A stretch of 64,000 bases of DNA from positions 4,713-68,712 of the forward strand of contig JABDCI010000003.1 in the NCBI GenBank assembly GCA_013288215.1, read 5' to 3'. The stretch comes from Verrucomicrobiota bacterium (GTDB lineage Bacteria; Verrucomicrobiota; Verrucomicrobiia; JABWAM01). The notes under the pieces are model-generated. The model saw only the letters and a list, made by a program, of their open reading frames with translations. It ran no database searches and was not told where the DNA came from. The position numbers were made by a program, and so were the translations under genes. Numbering within the stretch: position 1 is the first letter of the stretch; each line of letters starts with the position of its first letter. Shown here one piece after another: positions 39,033 to 47,348 of this stretch.

Positions 39033-40273
39033 CCCCCGAGAAGGCACTTAACACGATTCTTTCGAACACGGGCCCCACTCCAATCATGTCATGCAGCGTT
39101 GCGGAGGCCGGTGGACGCGTTCTTCTTGCTTCCGTCCGCGCCCCCGATCATTTGCCGCGTTTTGACAATGCAGCGATGGATGGATTTGCCGTCCGCGCGC
39201 ACGATCTTCGAAGCGCATCTGTCAAAAATCCTGCGCGCCTCCACATTTTGGACGAAGCTTCGGCCGGCCTTTCAACGCGAAAAAAGGTCCGCTCCGGAAC
39301 AGCCATTCGCATCTCCACCGGAGCCTTGCTGCCTTCGGGAGCGGATGCCGTCGTGATGCAAGAGGATTGTCGAATTCATAAGAGCCACGTGGAGGTTTTT
39401 TCATCCGCAGCAACCGGGGAAAATATTCGCCGGAAAGGCGAGGAAATCTGCCGCGGCGGGATCGCGATCGCAAAAGGAGAGGTTCTTAACGCAGGAAGCG
39501 TGGCATGGCTCGCCTCCATGGGGGTGCGCCAGGTCCGAGTCCATGCAGCGCCGCGAATCGGAATCCTGAGATCCGGTGACGAAGTCGTGGAATGGAACTC
39601 CTCACCCCGCCTCGATCAAGTGCGCGACACACATGGACTTTTTTTGAAGCTGCAGCTTGAGCGTCTCGGCATCAACCCCCTTCTGATGCCTATCGTTGCG
39701 GATGACGTCCGCCACATTCAAAAGAATTTTGCCATCCTGCTTCGATCTTCTGATGTCGTGATGACGACGGGCGGCGTTTCGGTCGGGCCCCATGATAAGC
39801 TCGTGGAAATTGCCAAGCGCAATGGAATGAAAATTCTTTTTTCAAAAGTCGCTCAAAAACCGGGCGGCCCCTTCACGACGGGCGTCAAAGACGGCAAACT
39901 ATGGTTCGGTCTCCCGGGCAATCCCTTTTCTGTCGCGGTTTGCTACATGCTTTACGTTCGGCCGGCATTGATGAAGATGATGCATCTTCCCGCGCCTCGT
40001 CCTGCCTGGTTCGCCGCGAATACAAAACATCCGCTCGTCCCCCCTCGGAACAAAACGGTGTTTCTGCTCGGAAAGGATGTGCGCGGAAAGGTGCTTTTAA
40101 ACCCACAAAAAGGATCCCACTGTCTGGGAGCCTTTGCGAATTCCAACGTTCTTGTGCGGCTTGAACCCAAAACTTCCGCTTCAAAAACTCGGCGCGTTGC
40201 CTGTTTTCGATTGGAAGAGGTTCCGGGAAACCCCATCAGACTTCCGCTTCCAGCCGGACGGCGCTCAGTTTGA
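39029..40273 (+). CDS. moeA: Molybdopterin molybdenumtransferase
   Basis: 414 aa with FDNAAMDGFAV, MTTGGVSVGPHD and FGLPGNPFSV motifs. ATGA overlap with moaC/B. Confidence 0.88.
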   Translation: MTPEKALNTILSNTGPTPIMSCSVAEAGGRVLLASVRAPDHLPRFDNAAMDGFAVRAHDLRSASVKNPARLHILDEASAGLSTRKKVRSGTAIRISTGALLPSGADAVVMQEDCRIHKSHVEVFSSAATGENIRRKGEEICRGGIAIAKGEVLNAGSVAWLASMGVRQVRVHAAPRIGILRSGDEVVEWNSSPRLDQVRDTHGLFLKLQLERLGINPLLMPIVADDVRHIQKNFAILLRSSDVVMTTGGVSVGPHDKLVEIAKRNGMKILFSKVAQKPGGPFTTGVKDGKLWFGLPGNPFSVAVCYMLYVRPALMKMMHLPAPRPAWFAANTKHPLVPPRNKTVFLLGKDVRGKVLLNPQKGSHCLGAFANSNVLVRLEPKTSASKTRRVACFRLEEVPGNPIRLPLPAGRRSV

Positions 40274-42410
40274 GCTCCGGCTGCAGTGAAATAGGATCGT
40301 TTTCGCCGTGAGTGGCGCGATTGACGCAACCCTCTTCTCCCGCCGACTGTCCCCAGTGAAAGGGCATAAAAAGCGTCCCAGGAAGGACGGAATCATCAAG
40401 TTTCACGGTGGTTCGCACAAAACCGCGGCGCGACACCAGCCGCGCACGAGCCCCTTCGGCAAGCCCGAGCCTGGCCGCATCTTCGGGATGAGTTGCCACG
40501 AAGGGCCCCGGATTGAGTTTATTTAACTTGGCCACGTGTCCCGTTTTCGTGCGCGTATGCCATTGGTGTGCCAGCCTGCCCGTGTTGAGGAGGAGCGGAT
40601 ATTTCGCCGTCGCCGGATCGGCGGGCGGCTCATAGTCGATGACATGGAATTTGGCTCTTCCCGTCGAGGTCGCAAAAATCCGCCTGCGATAGCGCCGCGA
40701 CACTCCCGGCCTCGACGATGAGGGGCATGGCCACTGGATCGGTTGATATTTGAGCCGCCGATAACTGATGCCATCCATCTGCAGTGAGTAGACATTCGAA
40801 CAGCATTGTTTGTGCTCTTCGAAGATATCCCCCGCACAGGTGTATGAAAATTGCTCCTCATATCCCATGAGAGCCGCGAAACGGCATGCAATCTCCCAGT
40901 CAGGACGCGCCTCTCCGGGAGGGGGCACGCAGGGACGAAGAAGGCTGATTCGCCGCTCGGAATTCGTCATCGTTCCCTCCATCTCCAGGTTGAGTGCCGC
41001 GGGGAGAAGGACGTGCGCAAGCTGCGAGGTTTCCGTCGGATGATAACAATCCTGCACGACCAGCAATTCCGCGCGTTCAAGGCCACGCCGCACCATGTTG
41101 CTGTTTGGCATCGTGGCAAGTGGATTGCTTCCCACCACCCAGAGCGCCTTCACTTGACCCATTTCCAACGCTTCAAAAAGACGCACCGCGTCCAGTCCGG
41201 GCTTCGATTGAATGCGGCGCGGCGAGACTCCCCAAATCTTCGCGATCTCTTCGCGATGGGCCGCATCGGTCACACTCCGATGTCCGGGCAGCAATCCGCT
41301 CATGTAACCTACTTCGCGCCCGCCCATCGCATTCGGCTGGCCTGTGAGGGAAAACGGCCCGCTTCCAGGTCGCGCAATTTTTCCCGTCGCCAGATGCAAA
41401 TGGATGATGCCGAGATTCTTGGCCACACCCTGCGTGCTTTGATTGGCGCCCATGGCGTAAAAGCTTAATGCTTCCGTCGATGTGTGCCCAAACCAGAATG
41501 CGGCACGATGAATCTCCACCTCCGGGATACCGCAAATCTTTGCGGCGCGCGCCGGGGACCAGGCTTCCACCCTCTCCTTGATCGCATCCCATCCTTCCGT
41601 GTGCGCACGAAGAAACGTCTCATTGGTCCAACCTTGTGCGATGATGATATGCAGCATCGCGTTGAGCAAAGCGACGTCCGTTCCAGGCTGGATGGCGAGA
41701 TGCAAATGGGCCGCGTCCGCGGTCGGCGTGCGCCGCGGATCGACGACGATGAGACGAGCGCGTTTCCGAGAAGCACGCCGCTTGATGCGCTGCCAGAGAA
41801 CGGGATGGCACTCGGCCATGTTGGCGCCTAGGATAAAAAAACAATCGGTAAGCTCAATATCGTCATAGCACGTAGGCGGTCCGTCGGCTCCAAGCGCGAG
41901 TTTGTAAGCACTGGCCGCGCTCGCCATGCAAAGCCTGGAATTTGAATCTAAGTTGTTCGTCCCCAGGGCCCCCTTTGCCAGCTTGTTGAACGCATATTGC
42001 GATTCTGTCGTGAGCTGGCCGGAGAGATAAAAGGCCACAGAATCGCGCCCATGACTGCGAATGATCTCCTTGAATCGCTCCGCCACATATTCCAGCGTGG
42101 AATCGAAACCCGGGGCAACAAATGGACTGTCACGATCGGCGCGCCACTGCGCGGAAATCAGCCGATTCGGCGCCTCAACGATCTGATCCACCGTCGCCCC
42201 CTTGGTGCAAAGACTGCCGAAATTGGCCGGATGATCTTCATCGCCTTTCACCTGCACAATCCTTCCATCGCAAACCTTGACGGCAAGTCCACATCCCACA
42301 CCACAATACGGACAGATGGTTTTAACGATGGATTCCACGCTTCGGCTCTTCAGGAGGTCAGGAGACAAGCTCGGCCTGAGGTTTCGGAGAAAATCTTTCC
42401 TCTTCCTCAT
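40236..42410 (-). CDS. nasA: Assimilatory nitrate reductase catalytic subunit (bis-MGD molybdopterin oxidoreductase, NasA/NarB type)
   Basis: N-terminal 4Fe-4S motif CPYCGVGCG...C, molybdopterin oxidoreductase core, and C-terminal MopB_CT-like barrel. No Tat h-region. Candidate starts are ATG 42449, ATG 42410 and GTG 42338. Confidence 0.85.
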   Translation of the reverse strand: MRKRKDFLRNLRPSLSPDLLKSRSVESIVKTICPYCGVGCGLAVKVCDGRIVQVKGDEDHPANFGSLCTKGATVDQIVEAPNRLISAQWRADRDSPFVAPGFDSTLEYVAERFKEIIRSHGRDSVAFYLSGQLTTESQYAFNKLAKGALGTNNLDSNSRLCMASAASAYKLALGADGPPTCYDDIELTDCFFILGANMAECHPVLWQRIKRRASRKRARLIVVDPRRTPTADAAHLHLAIQPGTDVALLNAMLHIIIAQGWTNETFLRAHTEGWDAIKERVEAWSPARAAKICGIPEVEIHRAAFWFGHTSTEALSFYAMGANQSTQGVAKNLGIIHLHLATGKIARPGSGPFSLTGQPNAMGGREVGYMSGLLPGHRSVTDAAHREEIAKIWGVSPRRIQSKPGLDAVRLFEALEMGQVKALWVVGSNPLATMPNSNMVRRGLERAELLVVQDCYHPTETSQLAHVLLPAALNLEMEGTMTNSERRISLLRPCVPPPGEARPDWEIACRFAALMGYEEQFSYTCAGDIFEEHKQCCSNVYSLQMDGISYRRLKYQPIQWPCPSSSRPGVSRRYRRRIFATSTGRAKFHVIDYEPPADPATAKYPLLLNTGRLAHQWHTRTKTGHVAKLNKLNPGPFVATHPEDAARLGLAEGARARLVSRRGFVRTTVKLDDSVLPGTLFMPFHWGQSAGEEGCVNRATHGENDPISLQPELKLSAVRLEAEV

Positions 42411-43626
42411 CTTGGTGTCGCAAGCTCGCCACGCACCCGTTCGCGCCAATCCACGTTCCCTCCCATTTCCGTTGTGCCCACTTCAAAAGGATGCCTGCTC
42501 CGGCGGCAATATAGGCAAAAAGCATTAGCCCTGCCGCATACGTGCCAAAGTACTGCTTGAACCAGCCCAAGAGCGTTGGCAAAAAGAACCCCCCCAGCCC
42601 TCCAGCCGCCCCTAAAATACCGGTAGCAATGCCCACATTTTTGGCAAAACGTTGCGGAACGAGTTGAAAGACCGCTCCGTTACTCATTCCAAGGCAGCCC
42701 ATCATCAGAAAGAAAAGGGGCACGGTGAAAGCAATCGGCGGCAATTTGGCCAGGATGAAAGCAAGCACGGTCACGGACGCATACAATAGGCCCAGGAGGC
42801 GGATGCCTCCAAGTCGGTCCGAAAGAAAGCCTCCCAATGGGCGCATAAAGCTTCCGGCGACCACACAGATGGAAGTCAGATCGCCTGCAGCCACTTTGGA
42901 AATACCGTATTGATCGCGCAGGAAAATCGACAAATAGCTCGCCAGACCTACAAAGCCACCAAACGTCACGGCATAAAAAAATCCGAAACTATAAATATCC
43001 TTTTCCCGGAAAAGCTGAAGGTATTGCCTAAAGTTAGATCCTTTCGAACGATTCGGTGCATCCTTCGCAAGCGCGAAGAAAATGGCGGTCACCGCGAGAA
43101 GAGGAATGATCGCCATTCCGAAAACACGATGCCAGCCATAAACCTCGGCCAGCCGCGGGCCAAACAAGGTGGCCAAAATGGTTCCAGAATTCCCTGCGCC
43201 GGCAATGCCCAATGCCAGTCCCTGATGCTCGCGTGGATACCAGCGGCTCACCATCGGCAGCGCCACAGCAAAGCTCGCTCCTGCCACGCCCAGCAAGATG
43301 GCCACAGCAAATATTTTATCGAGAGAGTCCGCCCATAACCACCCGCCAAGCAATGGAAGGAGGGTGAAACTCAATCCCATCAAGCCCGCTTTTCGCGCAC
43401 CCCAGGTGTCCGTCAAATATCCCAGAACACAGCGAAGAAATGACCCTCCAAGGAGCGGCAAGGCGGCCATCAAGCCCTTCTGGGCAGGCGTCATCCCAAA
43501 ATCCGACGCCACGTAATTGCCCAAGGCTCCCATCAACACCCAAATCATGAAGCTGACATCAAAATAAAGAAACGCGCTCAACAAAGTTTGCCAGTGACCT
43601 ACCCGGAAAAAAGAAGTTTTTCTCAT
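42358..43626 (-). CDS. narK: MFS nitrate/nitrite transporter (NarK/NasA/NrtP type)
   Basis: 12-TM pattern with the nitrate/nitrite porter signatures GGSFLRCVLGYLTDTWG and AGAGNSG. The ORF is open to 43686; the ATG at 43626 gives the usual short N-terminus. Confidence 0.85.
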   Translation of the reverse strand: MRKTSFFRVGHWQTLLSAFLYFDVSFMIWVLMGALGNYVASDFGMTPAQKGLMAALPLLGGSFLRCVLGYLTDTWGARKAGLMGLSFTLLPLLGGWLWADSLDKIFAVAILLGVAGASFAVALPMVSRWYPREHQGLALGIAGAGNSGTILATLFGPRLAEVYGWHRVFGMAIIPLLAVTAIFFALAKDAPNRSKGSNFRQYLQLFREKDIYSFGFFYAVTFGGFVGLASYLSIFLRDQYGISKVAAGDLTSICVVAGSFMRPLGGFLSDRLGGIRLLGLLYASVTVLAFILAKLPPIAFTVPLFFLMMGCLGMSNGAVFQLVPQRFAKNVGIATGILGAAGGLGGFFLPTLLGWFKQYFGTYAAGLMLFAYIAAGAGILLKWAQRKWEGTWIGANGCVASLRHQDEEEERFSPKPQAELVS

Positions 43627-43638
43627 GCCAAGGGAAAA

Positions 43639-43653
43639 GCAAGCGGCGTGCCA
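43639..43653 (-). promoter_or_regulatory. Sigma-54 (-24/-12) consensus element TGGCACGCCGCTTGC upstream of narK
   Basis: The minus strand reads TGGCACG-CCGC-TTGC-T, matching TGGCACG-N4-TTGCW at every fixed position. It lies 12 nt upstream of the narK ATG at 43626. Confidence 0.35.
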
Positions 43654-43900
43654 AGCGGCTCTCGATTCGATGAAATAATCAATCAAAATTACAACTTTTC
43701 ATGAAATTATTTCACTATCTTTGAAACCTACCTACGCCTCGCATTAACCACGCCCTGCCGAGGAAAAAGAGTCTGGAAACAGCCTTTGGAAATAGCCCGG
43801 ACACCCTCCTTCCGGTTGTTTTCTTTTGAACAGCTTGATTAAATCGCGTCATGTTGGCGTTCCAGGGAGTCGTAGAGAGCTATTCAGGCAAGCCTGGTTT

Positions 43901-43930
43901 TGCCGCCAGCGCGGCAGCTTTTAGTTTTTG
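43901..43930 (+). terminator. Orphan plus-strand intrinsic-terminator-like hairpin with T-tract
   Basis: TGCCGC-CAGC-GCGGCA followed by GCTTTTAGTTTTTG. It is preceded by a second small hairpin CAGGC-AA-GCCTG-GTTTT (43885-43900). Both flanking genes are on the minus strand. Confidence 0.35.
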
Positions 43931-44036
43931 AGCAACCCGTTACGAGGTTCTCTGAAAGACGGATAGAATGTCTTTTTTTGGGACAGGATGACAAAAAAAC
44001 AATCTGGCCGAACCGCAAAACGCGAGAAAAGGACGC

Positions 44037-45461
44037 CTACTTAGACTTGCGCAAATGGGACGGGAGTATCTTCAACTCCTCGCGGTATTTGGCCACCGTG
44101 CGCCGGGCAATGGGAATTTTCCGTTCTTTCAGCACGGTCATAATCTCCTGGTCGGTGAGCGGATGGCTAGACGTTTCGTTGGAAACCAGTTCGGAAATGG
44201 CGACTTTCACCTGCTCCTGACTGATCACGCTGCCGTCGGCGAGGCGGATACCTGGGGTGAAAAAATATTTGAGCTCATAAATACCATGAGGCGTCTGCAT
44301 GTATTTGTTCGCAATGGCGCGGCTCACCGTCGTTTCATGCACACCGATTTTTTGCGCCACCTCGGTCATCGTCAAGGGCTTGAGATAGGCGCTTCCATGA
44401 TTGAAGAAATCGACCTGAACACGAACGATCTCGCAGGCAATCTTGAGGATCGTTTGCTGGCGTTGCTGGATGCTCTTGATGAGAAATCTTGCGGCACGGA
44501 TACGTTCGCGCACATAGCTCTTCACTTCCTGCCCTTGCGAGGACTGCCCAAGAATGTCCTTGTAGGTATTGCTGATGCGGACGGTCGGCAACCAGTCGTC
44601 ATTCATAATGACAACCCAATCCTCGCCGACTTTCTGCACGTTCATGTCCGCCGTGATATAGCGGCTGTCATCGGAGCTGAAACGACTTCCCGGTTGCGGG
44701 TCGAGAGTCGCAATGAGCGCCGCAACGCGGTGGACTTCGTCAAGCGACACGTTCAGGGCCTCGGAAATTTCTGCATGCTTTCTGGCCGCGAGCTCGTCCA
44801 TATGCCTCGATACGACCCGATACGCCAGAGAATCCTCTTTGTGCCCAAGGCGCTCCAGTTGGAGGAGGAGGCATTCTCGCAAGTCACGAGCTCCCACGCC
44901 GATGGGATCGAACCCCTGAATGATCTTGAGAGCCGCTTCGGCGGATCCGGGCTCTCCTCCGCTCCAGCCTGCCAAATCCTCGGGCGTGGCCATGAGATAT
45001 CCACGTTCGTCGATGTTGCCGACCAGCGTTTCGCAAAGTTTCCTCTGGATTTCGGGCAAATCTGCGACCTGAACTTGCGCCAGCAGGTGATCCTGCAAAG
45101 TTTCGCTTCGAGCTACCGATTCGAAAAAAGTCTGACGCTGGCGTTCCTCCTCCTGAGTCCGACGTATGGGGGCATTGTTTTGGGAAAAATAGTCGCGCCA
45201 TTCTTCGTCAAGCTGCGCCATTTCCTTGAACTCTTCCTCAAAATCGTTCTCTTCGTTGGCAGCGTCGTTTTCCTCGGAGTTTTCTGAAGATCCCTCATCC
45301 TGTGTTTCCTCAAGAACGGGATTCGTGGTCAGCTCCTGCCGAATCAGAGCGCTCAATTCCATCGCGGGAATCTGCAGGATATGCAGCGATTGCTGCATCT
45401 GCGGCGAAAGCGTTTGCTGAAGACTGAGACGTTGAACTTGTTGAAGACCTTGAGATGGCAT
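44037..45461 (-). CDS. rpoN: RNA polymerase sigma-54 factor
   Basis: Gln-rich region I (LSLQQTLSPQMQQSLHILQIPAMEL), an acidic region II, a core-binding domain, the HTH and the RpoN box ARRTVAKYREEL. The ORF track starts at a GTG at 45479; the ATG is at 45461. Confidence 0.92.
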   Translation of the reverse strand: MPSQGLQQVQRLSLQQTLSPQMQQSLHILQIPAMELSALIRQELTTNPVLEETQDEGSSENSEENDAANEENDFEEEFKEMAQLDEEWRDYFSQNNAPIRRTQEEERQRQTFFESVARSETLQDHLLAQVQVADLPEIQRKLCETLVGNIDERGYLMATPEDLAGWSGGEPGSAEAALKIIQGFDPIGVGARDLRECLLLQLERLGHKEDSLAYRVVSRHMDELAARKHAEISEALNVSLDEVHRVAALIATLDPQPGSRFSSDDSRYITADMNVQKVGEDWVVIMNDDWLPTVRISNTYKDILGQSSQGQEVKSYVRERIRAARFLIKSIQQRQQTILKIACEIVRVQVDFFNHGSAYLKPLTMTEVAQKIGVHETTVSRAIANKYMQTPHGIYELKYFFTPGIRLADGSVISQEQVKVAISELVSNETSSHPLTDQEIMTVLKERKIPIARRTVAKYREELKILPSHLRKSK

Positions 45462-45627
45462 ACTAGTTGCTACACCCACCTATGTACCCCAAAATAATGA
45501 GGTTGCCAAGACAGCATGCAAGGAATTTTTGCCGCATAGGGCTGCTTCCTCTCTTCTGATCAAGCTAAAACGCTTAAAATCAGAATTATGCTTTTCATCT
45601 CCTTGCGCTTTGATTTAGAACGCTTGC

Positions 45628-46490
45628 ATGTCTTGTCGGCTCACGATTCTCGCGAGTGGAAGCAGCGGGAATTGCGCCTATCTTGAGACGGAAACCACCC
45701 GTCTCCTCATCGACGCCGGTCTCAGCGGCAAGCAGATCGAAGAACGGCTGGCAACGATCGGAAAATCAGCCACCCAACTCCACGGGATTCTGATCACCCA
45801 TGAACATAGTGACCACATCCAGGGTTGCGCGTTCTTGCCACCCGTTATCGCATTCCCATCTACACAAACCGCAGCACGCGCGCCGCGATTCTGGAAACCT
45901 TCGGTTCCGATGCGCCGCAGCGGGCCCAAGCCATCACGTGGCGTGTGTTCGAGCCTGGACAGTCCTTCGTAGCAGGAGACTTTGATATCGAGCCTTTTTC
46001 CATTCCGCACGACGCAAGCGATCCCGTCGGATTCCTTTTTCATCACGGTGGACGCTGCATTGCATTCCTGACCGACCTCGGGCATGTCACCCAGCTCGTC
46101 TTGGAAAAAGCCAAACGCGCCGACACGCTCATCCTAGAAACCAACCACGATGTCGAGCTGTTGCAAAAGGATCCCTATCGTCCATGGTCGGTAAAGCAGC
46201 GTATCGGTGGACGCCATGGCCATTTGAGCAATGAGACCGCTGCGCAGGCCCTTTCACAGATCCTAACCGACCGCCTCCGACATATCTATCTTTCCCATTT
46301 GAGCCAGGACTGCAACTCACCGGCACTCGCAGAAACGACGATCCGCAAAAAACTTCAAGAAATGGGCGCGACTTCCATTCAAATCACAGTGGCCCGTCCC
46401 GACCTTCCCTGCCCGACTCAATGGATGGATGTCCACCGTCCGGTCCAGTTCGAAACACCTCCCCTCTTCGGGCGGCCACCCGGCCCCTGA
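45628..46490 (+). pseudogene. MBL-fold metallo-hydrolase (YycJ/WalJ-like) interrupted by a 1-nt frameshift near 45825
   Basis: ORF 45628-45972 carries ILASGSSGNCAYLE...ITHEHSDHIQG, then runs into nonsense. ORF 45825-46490 (frame shifted by one) continues with RVLATRYRIPIYTN...FLTDLGH...ETNHD...HLSN, which is the rest of the same fold. Confidence 0.8.
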
Positions 46491-46496
46491 ATCTGC

Positions 46497-47294
46497 TCAA
46501 GACTTGAGGTGAGAACGCAAGGCCGCCACATCGTGCGTTCGAATCATCTGAATGCCCTGGGTCCATGCCTGGAGTTCTCCTTCAAGCGTTGCCTTTCCCC
46601 GATCGCTTACCGGCCCGCCCAGAAATGATTTCCGCGAGATACCGATCATCACCGGATAGGTTCCCGTAAATCGATGGAGTTCATGCAGCAGCTCCCTATT
46701 CTGTTCCTTCGTTTTGGCGAATCCGATTCCCGGATCGATCGCGATCCGATCGTTGGGAATTCCGCTGTTCAACGCATGCTCTACCGATTCCCCAAGTTCG
46801 CGTTTCACCTCATCCACAACCTCGGTATAATCGCAAAGCATCTGCATCGTGGCAGGTGTTCCCCTGCTATGCATTAAAATGACCCCCGCGTTGGAAGCGG
46901 CAATCACCTCCGTCATCGCGGGATCGGCACGAAGTCCGCTGATATCGTTGACAATGACCACCCCTTCGCGCAACGCCTTCTCGGCCACCTCGGCCTTGGT
47001 CGTATCAATCGAAATGGGAATCCTCAGTTGCTTTCGCAATAACTTGAGAACTGGCAGCACACGATCGAGCTCCTCCCCGGCGGAAACGGCGGTCGAGCCC
47101 GGTCGAGTCGATTCGCCGCCAAGATCAATCGCGTCAGCGCCGGCTTTCTCAAGCGCCAGGGCGTGCTGGAGCGCGACTTTCGCAGAGACAAAACGCCCTC
47201 CGTCGGAAAAGGAATCAGACGTGACATTGAGGATCCCAAAAATCACACAGCGCGATGGAAAGTTCCACGCCAAATCTCCAAATCGGAATTGCAT
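46497..47294 (-). CDS. folP: Dihydropteroate synthase
   Basis: GILNVTSDSFSDGG, DIGGESTRPG and NDISG motifs. The ORF is open to 47453, but the ATG at 47294 fits the family N-terminus. Confidence 0.88.
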   Translation of the reverse strand: MQFRFGDLAWNFPSRCVIFGILNVTSDSFSDGGRFVSAKVALQHALALEKAGADAIDLGGESTRPGSTAVSAGEELDRVLPVLKLLRKQLRIPISIDTTKAEVAEKALREGVVIVNDISGLRADPAMTEVIAASNAGVILMHSRGTPATMQMLCDYTEVVDEVKRELGESVEHALNSGIPNDRIAIDPGIGFAKTKEQNRELLHELHRFTGTYPVMIGISRKSFLGGPVSDRGKATLEGELQAWTQGIQMIRTHDVAALRSHLKS

Positions 47295-47348
47295 CAACAC
47301 CTGTGACTTATTACTTGCCACGAACCAATGCCAGCTTATAGCTAGAGG

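Noticed and set aside
43797-43815. The hairpin CCGGA-CACCCTCCT-TCCGG (minus strand CCGGAAGGAGGGTGTCCGG) is reminiscent of the SRP RNA GGAA tetraloop region.
   Set aside because: It lacks the symmetric and asymmetric loop sequences of SRP domain IV, and the flanks do not pair into a 4.5S-like helix.
44055-45287. 410-aa ORF on the plus strand.
   Set aside because: It is antisense to rpoN, and only the minus-strand frame gives a recognisable protein.
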